Below are positions 1 through 9,400 of a stretch of 20,000 bases of DNA, one piece after another. The stretch's first letter is position 1. Each line of letters begins with the position of its first letter. This DNA comes from Perkinsus olseni (lineage: Eukaryota): NCBI GenBank assembly GCA_013115125.1, contig JABANN010000077.1:59425-79424 (forward strand). Direction: 5' to 3'. The notes under the pieces are model-generated. The model saw nothing but the letters and a program-made list of their open reading frames with translations, was not told where the DNA came from and made no database searches. A program made the position numbers and the translations under genes.

Positions 1-1817
1 GTACCTGTTCCAGAGCTAGATCCACCTTAGGCCGCGCCTCAGGGGCCTTCATTAGAATCTCCGCAGTGAATGACCTCAGGGGATCTGGAAGGGCGATCGA
101 CCCTCCCTTCTGCCTACTACTCTCCCTACCAGTAGAGGTAACATAAAGCATCATGTCGTTGATGCTGATGGAGCAGGGATTGCCTCCCAGCCGTACCTAC
201 AGAAGACGAGAAGAAGTCAGCCTGCCCTCAGCGGAGGTATCACCCTACGTGTCTCATTGGCTCCAAGTGCTTAGCAAGGGTAGCCCACGGCTCGTAGGCC
301 TTCATGGCCATCAACCTGAGGTCAGTGGGCCTCCATTGACCGAGAGGCGATAGCAGGGGACGCTCACGTCGGCTGCGGTAAGGGGTAGGTGAAGCAGCAC
401 TCGCTGAGTGACGATAGGAGTATCAACTGAAGAGAGGAGAGTATCAGGCCACCTGTGACTACCGGCTAGGGACTCGCTCAAATTTCCGCAGCAAAAAGTC
501 CGCGAATGCCCGTAGACGGGTTCGAACCCACGGCCTCCACCATGCAATCACAAGGCTCCATCCAACAGCGCTAACGCTCAACCACCTCCCGGTTACATGC
601 GTTCGTGTCTCCCGACACGTGAGCGCCAACTTGACCAGTCTTGGAAGAATCTCCTTGTTGAATTTGTCCTCAAAGCTCATCGGCGTCTCTACCTAACCCC
701 CCAGCAACCATCCAACTCCCCCACTGCAGCAGCAGTACCTCCTCGAGAAGAGTTGCCTCCATGAAATCAGCATCCATGAAGGGGCCCATCAGGATGAGCA
801 CGCCTGGCTTGAAGTCAGATACGTACCTAGGGCAGCGGCTGAGGGCAGAGGCCCGCGGTACGGGCCCTACTTGGCGATCATCTCCAATCTTTGCCCACCA
901 TGCACTTTACCCTTTACTGATTGGAAGGGACCGCTGGCGCATACGACGTGGATAGGGGCGCCGTCGGCATGCGCCACCTCGAGAGAGATGCTCGGCCTAG
1001 CACTCGACAAGTCTCTTGCGATAAGTTACAGCATTCCTACTCCTCATTGGTGACCTTCCTGCCCCATTCCACGCCGGCTCCCGTGACCATGCCCTCAGCA
1101 ACCAGCTCGCCGCCACAGCTGTTGGGGCTTGTACGACCAATAACGCCAACCACACACCCAGGGAACACTGAAAGCATCATAACCAGCACGAGCACGACTC
1201 CCCTCCTACAAGTGTAGCTGTCCAACGCCTGCACGTTGAGAATCAGTCGCTTTCCTCGACCGCTCGCCCCTGGCCCTCCTGAGCGGGAACGGAGGCTCGC
1301 GACCTTCGGTCAGTGCCGGGGCAGTACCAGTGAATATAGGTTCTAAGAGCAGACTCTGTGGGTTGAGGTTAAGCGGGTCTGGAACCGGCTGGAGGTTCTC
1401 ATCCGCCTCACAGCACACACGACCGACCATGAGGACAGCCTGACTGTACCTGACTCGCACAGCCCTTACCGCGTGGGACACAGCCCTGGCCGTAGCCTCA
1501 CTGAGTGCCGAACACTCCTATCTCCAAGTCACCCTCCTCTTCCTCCTCAGGATGCATCGAACGGTATAGCTTATTCGCCTGTAGAAAGGTCGTCGACACT
1601 TGGGGGCCAAGCACGGGCTACGTTGGCGACGATTTCGGTATACAGCTTTGCACAACGGGCCGCCTCCCCTTCTCGTCGGCTCTCCACTGAGTTGTCCATC
1701 CACCGATATCTGTCAGTACCGCAAGAAAAGGAATTCCCGGACTGCCCACCCTCACCCTTGGTACTCCCCGCCATCAAAACGACTGTGGGCACTACGAGCT
1801 GATGCCGCTGCCGCCAT
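1..1817 (-). CDS. POLA2: DNA polymerase alpha subunit B (Pol12/POLA2-like), multi-exon, 3' end beyond left edge of window
   Basis: Manual splicing over GT-AG introns (e.g. 1710-1755, 427-596) gives MAAAASARSAHSRFDGGEYQG/YRWMDNSVE..., MVGRVCCEADENL...LNPQSLLLE, SVFPGCVVGVIG, IHVVCASGPF, KPGVLILMGPFMD, LILLSSLSECCFTYPLPQP, LGGNPCSISINDMMLYVTST/DPL. These follow the known order of B-subunit motifs (GRICCD, SLFPGQ, AAGPF, PDVLILMGPF, YPQPP, NPC.INGV). Family assigned from memory of the motifs, not from a search. Confidence 0.9.
493..497 (-). terminator. Candidate RNA polymerase III terminator (TTTTT) 9 nt after the tRNA-like element
   Basis: AAAAA at 493-497 on + is T5 on -, immediately 3' of the B-box-containing element. 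Confidence 0.4.
507..580 (-). pseudogene. Degenerate tRNA-Ala(UGC)-like element (pseudo-tRNA or tRNA-derived SINE head) inside the POLA2 intron 427-596
   Basis: Minus strand reads TGAGCGT-TAGCGCTGTTGG(A-box-like)-ATGGAGCCTTGTGA-TTGCATG-GTGGAGGCCGTG-GGTTCGAACCC(B-box)-GTCTACGGGCA. Spacing is tRNA-like, with TGC at 544-546 in the anticodon position. Acceptor, anticodon and T stems pair poorly. Confidence 0.6.
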
Positions 1818-1942
1818 GCTCCAATACAACACTGGGCGCCCCGTGAAAGTGAGTACTCAACCAAACCCCACTCCTCAGCAGAAACGCCTTACAATACTAC
1901 AGAGCTAATTTACACTGAGCAGACACCTCCTAAAGGGCAACC

Positions 1943-2884
1943 TCAGCCACTGTCATCAGCGGGTCCTTCGACCATGATGCGCATAAGGACGCCATAGACT
2001 CGTACAGCCTCCGCAAACGTCGGTGCTCTGAATGTTAACGGCACTTTAGCAATCCTGCTGTCCTTATACCCACCCTTCAGAGGGCCCACAAAGATAGAAT
2101 TCTGGTCCTGCCGAGGAGATCCAACCAAAACTAGCGTCTTCGGGTTCTCCAGATACTCCTTCCACCGCTCTGACACCACCTCCAATACATCTTGCCGTAT
2201 CTTAGCGTCCTGCGTGCGTCTCATAAATGCCCCCATCGACTTAGCCTGTTCGAATTTCCGCTGCGCACCTCCCTGCTTGCGTCGTACCGTGTACTTCTTA
2301 AAGGTAGTGTGCTCAACTATTTTTCCCTCAGCGTCCCAGACGCAGCCGGCGAATCGTCCGCTGCGGAAGAGCAGCAACACGACGAACTGCAAACTCCCCC
2401 AAACATCGGCATCGATCGTCGAGGCGAGCGCTATTCGCGGCGAGGAGTCGAGAATCTTCCATGGGTAATTGTCCATTATGAACCCCTTGCTCGGCAAATC
2501 CGTGGAGCTTTCGCTTTCTCCACCAGACTCCACCTCAGAAGAATCTTCCGAAGAGTCGCAACAGCCGAGCGAGGCTTCCAGCCATTCATCGTAGCCCAGC
2601 GGCGAGGCCCCGGACTGAGCCCGCTTGACATTCTCCACGTGCCATTCGCTCTTACAGTGCTGTCTGAGCGCTGATGAATCCGTATAGGAATACTCAGGGC
2701 ACTTGGAGCAGTGACGGCGGTACGTCCCACCCGCGAAGCTGACCCTTCCACGACTTGGCTGCGACGGCGTGACGCGCTCAGGCATGACCCGTTGGCCAAG
2801 GCCGTACAGGCGCCTGTACCGAATAGCCTCTACTGGTGGAAGAATCCGCCATCCCACGGGCGCTGTACTGGACCACATAGCCAT
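1943..2884 (-). CDS. Vms1/ANKZF1-like protein (C2H2 zinc finger + VLRF1 release-factor-like domain), 313 aa, single exon
   Basis: Uninterrupted ORF with CSKC...RQHCKSEWHVEN zinc finger, an acidic linker, then LLFRSGRFAGCVW...HTTFKKYTVRRKQGGAQ. The last part matches the Vms1/ANKZF1 VLRF1 catalytic loop (YTxRxKQGGSQ-type). Confidence 0.88.
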   Translation of the reverse strand: MAMWSSTAPVGWRILPPVEAIRYRRLYGLGQRVMPERVTPSQPSRGRVSFAGGTYRRHCSKCPEYSYTDSSALRQHCKSEWHVENVKRAQSGASPLGYDEWLEASLGCCDSSEDSSEVESGGESESSTDLPSKGFIMDNYPWKILDSSPRIALASTIDADVWGSLQFVVLLLFRSGRFAGCVWDAEGKIVEHTTFKKYTVRRKQGGAQRKFEQAKSMGAFMRRTQDAKIRQDVLEVVSERWKEYLENPKTLVLVGSPRQDQNSIFVGPLKGGYKDSRIAKVPLTFRAPTFAEAVRVYGVLMRIMVEGPADDSG

Positions 2885-3000
2885 ACCAAAACAATCGCTA
2901 AAGACTGGCGACTGCGGACCAGGGGACTACAGAAAAACTCGAGGACGATACCACCCGACACAACAACATCATGAAGGCACTGCAAACTCTGTAAAAAGAG

Positions 3001-3015
3001 CTGAGAGAAAGAGAG
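3001..3015 (-). promoter_or_regulatory. Polypyrimidine tract + AG acceptor upstream of the Vms1-like ATG (5'UTR intron acceptor or trans-splice acceptor)
   Basis: Minus strand CTCTCTTTCTCTCAG ending at 3001, ~117 nt upstream of the ATG at 2884. Confidence 0.35.
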
Positions 3016-3476
3016 CACCTCAACTTGAAAGTTCAGAAGGCCTGAGGATCGGAATGCCTTGGTGAAGTAGCAGAAGTAGCAGTTTATGGGAAATAGTCAA
3101 TATGTAATCTGACGCCCTAATGGTCTAGCCCTGATCGGCACTGCTGCCTCACACAGCGAGGAGGACAAGAGTACCATGACTGGGCCAGTCAGACTGGCTG
3201 TGATGACGGGGAAGAGGACCTACAAAACTGCAAAATCAACGCATAACTCGCCGAAAGAGACCCACCAAGTCTAACGGCCACTGACAGACTCGTCACTTCT
3301 AAGGCATCAGAGCGAAATCTCCCACGTTAGTTCCCTAACCCATTACGCATCGTCATTCCACAACGACCATCCTCGCCACAGTGAACTACCCTAGTTCACG
3401 CATCGGGAAGTGTGATCTTGTCGTCCCTCCAGCAATAGACAGCAACACTCACCTCGGCCACTTTCTGCTTTACACC

Positions 3477-6400
3477 TCATTCAGCCATACCGGGCACTGC
3501 TGGTCGCAACTCGGGTGTTGTTTCCGCGCTGCTCGATGCCTCGTTATTAGCTGCGAAGAGCTTCTTCCTCTCAATGAGTGGCACTTCGCTGGCGTTCTTC
3601 GCTGTCAGCTCAATGCCAAGGCCGCGACGCTCAAATAACCCACATACAGCCTCAGTCATGGTATGCACGTGGGATCGACTGACAAGAGCGGTTTGCTAGT
3701 ACTTTGGATGCCTCCAAGACCCCTACTTTTCCTCCAGCTCGGTAAGCGCTCTCTGAGTTCTTCTCATCAACGTCGTCATCTTCGTCCGACTGAGCGGCCT
3801 GTCTTTCGTTGTGAGGGTGTCCTTCGCGACCGCACAAATGTCGTGATGCTCCTCATCCTCGATCAACACCTAAGTGACCATCGCCATCGGCGATACGGCC
3901 CGACCCCGCGAGAGCCGGGCAGATGTCCTCCGGAAACCCCCACACACACCGTATGCACCAACGTATTGTGATGGCAATAGCCGCCCGAGAGGCCGGACTC
4001 CCAACCCGTTATAGCGGTCCTTAACTTACCAGATCACGAAGCAGCTCCCGATCCACCTGCTTGGTATCGTGACCTCCATGCTCGCGCCCATCTAAATAAA
4101 GGATTCAAGCGGTCAGATGCGGTGGGGAGGGCTGCGGGTGCTCGCGCCTCCGTCACGACATCAGATCAGCACTGTCGAAGCGATCGATCAATCACTAGTT
4201 TCACAGGGGACAACAACGATCCTCACCTGCCGAGCCTTGAGCGAGCTGAGTGGCCACCCACCAGCTATCCCGAACGAAGATGAATGGAGCGAGAACGATG
4301 AAGACCAAGAACTCGAAGATGCCGGCCACAACACCTGAGGGCTCAACTCACGACCGGAGTTGGCGGTGGGCGGAGGCGTACCAATGAAGAAGCCGTAGAC
4401 TCCTCCTGTATGGCCCCCCTGTACCATACCCTTGAATAGGGTCGTTCCGGCATTGAGTGCTTTCACCTGAATCAACAGCGAAGTTCGTAGCACGTGAGAG
4501 TGCAATAGAAGGACATACGAAGTGAACATAGAGGATGCCTCCCCGAGTCCTTCCCCAATCGGCTGTCCTCAACGGCGCCACCAATACTCCCTGGGACTCC
4601 GATAATGCTACAGCACAGACGGGGCCTGCCAAGAAGGAGGGGGTGTGGGATTGGTAGATGTCATTGTTGTTGTTTACATAGTCCAACATCCCGTACTGTA
4701 TCATGATACTCAGCAGCCCGCGGCCTGTATGATATATCATCTTCTTCCCATCTACCCATCACTCGACATAATTCACAAGTCACGAGCTCTAATGGCAACT
4801 GCCGTTGGAAGCCGAGGGCCCCTTCATGAGCACCCATACCTCGCCTTCGCTCCGCCTGTAACAAGTTCCGGTACAAGACAAGGTCGCCAGGCAGCCTCGC
4901 CGGGCTCACCAAGAATCCTCTCTGCAACACCCTCGCTGCGGCTCTGGCCTCCTCGGTCATGCAGTACTTCAGGGCAGATCCGATCGCCTTAGCATTCACG
5001 TTCTTCTTGTGAATAGAACGCCCAGCTCCGTGCAGTTGGACCAACCCGCCTGAAGAAGGGGTGGGTACGAGGATGAACAGGGGATACTCAGGTCCACAGG
5101 CTACCCCAGATCCACTGGTCCCCGAAGAATGATATGACGGAGGTTGGTAGGCCGAAGTCCAACCCCATAGCCGTGGTACCAGCACCTCCATGATGCATAA
5201 CAGCACAGCACTTAGGGAATAGATAATCATGTGGTATACCTACAATGGAGGGGTACCGATAGTCGATAGGCTGATGATGATTATGTACCCGATAGGAAGG
5301 CTATGTTATCCTCTCCTAATGCCTTCAGTATATCATACTCCCAAGTACCCTTGGCATCCTCTACTGATGATGAACCCGCACAAGCATCACAGAATAGACC
5401 ATTACTGAAATAGACAGCACTAAGATCTCTGCTCCTTGATGGGAGCCGCTGGAATGAGCCGACGAGTAACCCAGGTAGCCCCTTCATCAAGCGTTGGAAT
5501 CAGCCTAGCCATCTCAAGCCCCTTGACCCTACTGTGAGTAAGCATCCGGCTCCCTGCCACAGTTAGGGCAACGTGCAGGGGGATCGCAAATGAAGAAGAC
5601 CCGCTGCTTCAAGTCTGAGAGAAGGAGGAGTATGCCGGACACATCTCTACAAGCTGAAGTCACCTGGGACGTCGGCGAAATCCTGAGCGGTTAGCTTATT
5701 GAGAGAACACCATCCCTTCTGAAGGACAACTCTGAGGTCGGGCATCTCCTTAACGGCCTGCAAGATGGGCTTGTATCTGAGCAACCGAGTGAATGCGTCA
5801 CTGCGCCACGAAATTGCATCTCACATGTAGGAGAGGTCCCCACCGATGCTGCCGAAACCGATGTAGAAGGGCTTGGGCCCGCTGCTCAGGAACTTCGCGA
5901 GGTTGGAAGGCGGTACGTAGGAGGTGTTCTCTTTATCTAAGATAAGACTCTGTCCCTAACCCCACGTTAGCACTCGAGAGATCCGCCTTACCTGAGCCAC
6001 TGCAAAAGCCCGTTATGTCGATGTTCGGGCCCCAATCCGGAGGCTTCGGGAAGAGGGACGGCGAGAAGCAGTAGGAGAAGGGCACCTGTAACAAAGCGCC
6101 ATACACCTCGAATTCGAATACAATTGTCACATCATGATAGAATAAACAGGGCAATGACGATAAACCCATTGCCATTGCCCTGGCGCGATGGGTCAACTTC
6201 TGAACCCAGCGGGGTTTGATTGCGTAAATTAGCATTCGATCGTCTGTACACTACTAGTATCCGTATACTGCCATCTCAGTTATTCTTATGCTCCTTCACC
6301 AAGATTTGGTATGAACGCATCAGGTCCAGTGCTACTGCACCCCATCATCATAACCACTCACCCCCCAGTCCTCTAACAAAGATCCAGCACTGTGCCACAT

Positions 6401-9400
6401 CCCTATTTTAGGAATGTGGAGGACCTCCGCCCTAAACTTGGGTACAGCCGACGCCATACCTCGCCATTGCATCTGAGATACTTCCTTAAGACACCCGAGG
6501 GACTAGCAGCCAGAACTCACCTGATCGAACCAGCGGTAGCTCAACAGCCGCCAGTACGGATTGTCGTGGATATCCCCAGAGCTGAACGGGTGCCCCAGAA
6601 CCTTAGTCTTGGACCAAGGCATCGAGAAGAACCTGCAGTGGACAACGTGGAGTGGCTTCAGTGCTGCGGCGATGGCCTACATATGGAGGGGGACGCCGAG
6701 CCTCTCAGCGAGGTGTACATGGATGTAGGACGGTGGATTAGCAATCATGGCGTGAGTCACCCAGCGGCCTTCGGGATCACCTGCGGCGCGCGACATTTTT
6801 CACAACGTAACTGAGGCCGACTTACTCTTCACTGCAGCCCATGCCCCAACCTTGTCGGTCCGCCATCCGGGTGGGAAGAAGATTTCCCGCAAGGACTCCA
6901 TCATACCGGGAGTATGCAGCAGCACGTACCACATTTCACGAGGGTTCAGCAGGAACCCAGGGCTCCATGAAGGACCCTCTGCTGCGTGCCTGACGACGGA
7001 TGTCACGAAAAACAGCGGACGGGAAGACAGGCGTACCTCATGAAGTCCTCTGGCTGCCAATGACCAGGGGCATCGAGGGCCATGGGGAAGGACTCTACGC
7101 CTTCCTTCTCTACTATATCCCGGAATTTATCATGGGTGCAGATACGACAATGATGGCCCATCGCATTGAGCTCCTGTGAGGTGAAGGAAATGTGGTATTG
7201 ATGTGGTTGAGTTATTACCTTGGAAATGGCGATGTAGGGCTCAACATCTCCACGGCTGCCAACATCAATGAGGGTGATATTCATCCGAGGGACGTTATTA
7301 CCCTCCGGTCGAGGGAACATTATCGGTACCTAGGGAGGAGAGGTGCGCCTCATCCAGTCTGATGGGCTACTGATGGTACCAAGTCTGGACGACGACGTAC
7401 GATGCCGTTAATGACAACTTGCAGTCTGTGCATTCTCGTCTCGATAACACCTTCACCAGCATGATCAAGATTATCGAAACTCAAACATATGTATCTGGCA
7501 CTCGTCTGGGTAGACACGTAGCATCCTGTGAGGCCTACTGTTGCCATTGCCCAGGGTTGCCACTCGCATCACGAACGAGCAGATCCCGTAATCTCCTAGT
7601 AGACTGGAGAGAAAGGTACGAACCTGCTGGAGCAGCGACTCCCCCGGCGGAGACAGACCAAGGCCCAGCCGCTTCCCGAAACCGCACATACCTTGTTTTC
7701 GATGCACTCGGAAATAGTACATAGTCTTGGCATTGAATTCTGTAGCACATCCCTCCACAGATACATACGTATCAGGAGAGGTGGGAACTTTATCCCGGGA
7801 CATGGCCCAGAGTAGTCGCCAATGACTTTCAAGATTGAGGGTGTATAGGAAGGCTGAGAGAAGACAAGTTGGGCGGCGGAGGGTCGACGTGTCTACTCAC
7901 CGACTGCAATGACTAAAACGAAGTTGACTAAGTCGGCCATGGACAAGAAGACGGAGGAGTTCTCCAACCAGAATAACGAGCTGAACACGACAGGAAGCCA
8001 CGAAGTACGTATGTCCATTACCAGGACAAATTCCGGGTCTGCGGACTTACCTTGCGATAACCCCGGTAGTAACGATGACGTCGATGCACAGGAGAGGCAA
8101 GACGCCAATATGGGACATGCTCACATGGCTGGCTATAATAGTAAATAGCCCCTGAAATCAACGTCTGCCTCCGCAGAACGCTGCACATACCAACTTACCG
8201 GGTCAGCTACCCAGACTATCCTGGAGAGTACCGGAACATGATGGTACGGATTGATCGGGTCTGGTGGTGTCTAAGACAAAGCAGGCAATGGAGATTCACC
8301 AGCAAGAGCAATGAGGGGGCGAATGCTGCTGTGATGGACTTCTCGGCCAAGATCCGTCTTACATCTTCCATGGCTCTGCCGAAGTTGTAAACGTATACGC
8401 AAGAGAACAAGGAAGTAGACACGAAGAATAGGAGGCCGGCCGTCAGTAGCCGCCAAGAATTGCCAAAGGAAACGACAGTGAGACAAACGGATACTAATAG
8501 TAGTAGGGCGCTCGCGATTTGGACCTGCGGAAGAGAACAGCACCCTAGATCATCCATCTGACCAAGCCAGGAGTAAGCAAGGAGCACCCTGGCGAGCAGA
8601 TACTGTATGGGTGGGTGGTGCGCCCAGTGAAATCAACGACCACGATAGGCTCTATTGCCAACACACAACAAGCTAACGCGGAAAGGGCCACATCGGACCC
8701 TGTCCAAGCTGTACTCCAGCATCCACACTGGTCAAAATGGAGGTCATTCAGCACTCAAATGGGCTTGAAACTATGCAACGATCGGCAGCATTCATAGTGC
8801 CATATCCGGAATCTACTCAAAGGGAATCTCTCTCGGGAGTTGGTACCGGCGAGGCTGCACACACAAACCCGAAATTACGCAGGTATGTTCTCTACCGAGT
8901 ATAGTAAAGTCTACTCCTCATCCGTTTGTTGCACAATTCAGCGACCTATGAGCATTTCATGCACATCTCTCATGCCCAGCAAAACAAGAGGAAACAGGTA
9001 AATTTATTCCTCAGCTCAACCCCAACTCCTGGAGGTGCTCTTGCAGCAGCCAACCCACCGATCAAGGCTTACCACGACGCCAGCCACCATGCTAAAAGTG
9101 TTGCCATCCAGAGGTCCATGAAAGTTAACAGCAACAAAAGTCATTGCGACGACCAATCTGACAGAGAAGCGCCGTGGTAACGGGGAGCCTCAGCAGTTAC
9201 TAAGCTTACAATAGCACACCAGCGACAGCCCATCTCATATGGCGGGTGATCCAAAAGGTCTGTCGCGATCTGGCCCACAGTCGGTATCTAGTCCAAAAAC
9301 CGTACGCACGTAGGGAACAACAACCGCAGACGCAGCGTAACGTACTCTTTCTCATCGAGACTGCTGCTGAACTTATGCGAGAACGGCTCTCTGTAGTTAT

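Noticed and set aside
507-600. A functional tRNA gene, including a longer 94-nt version starting GCATGTA
   Set aside because: T-stem and anticodon stem do not pair, and the GCATGTA 'acceptor' overlaps the POLA2 exon end and splice donor, so it is probably coincidental. Kept only as a degenerate element.
2192-3065. Plus-strand ORFs overlapping the Vms1-like gene, and other plus-strand ORFs across the window
   Set aside because: Shadow frames antisense to recognisable minus-strand genes, with no motifs of their own.
4661-5230. [27 protein letters not shown]... as a separate signal-peptide/membrane protein (also 12640-12912)
   Set aside because: Its N-terminus is an alternative frame of the HHGGAGTT...FFGDQ exon of the glucosyltransferase.
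5500-5520. CCTAGCCATCTCAAG resembling a perkinsid/dinoflagellate spliced-leader relic
   Set aside because: Partial match with an internal deletion, on the strand opposite the gene and inside its body; likely chance.
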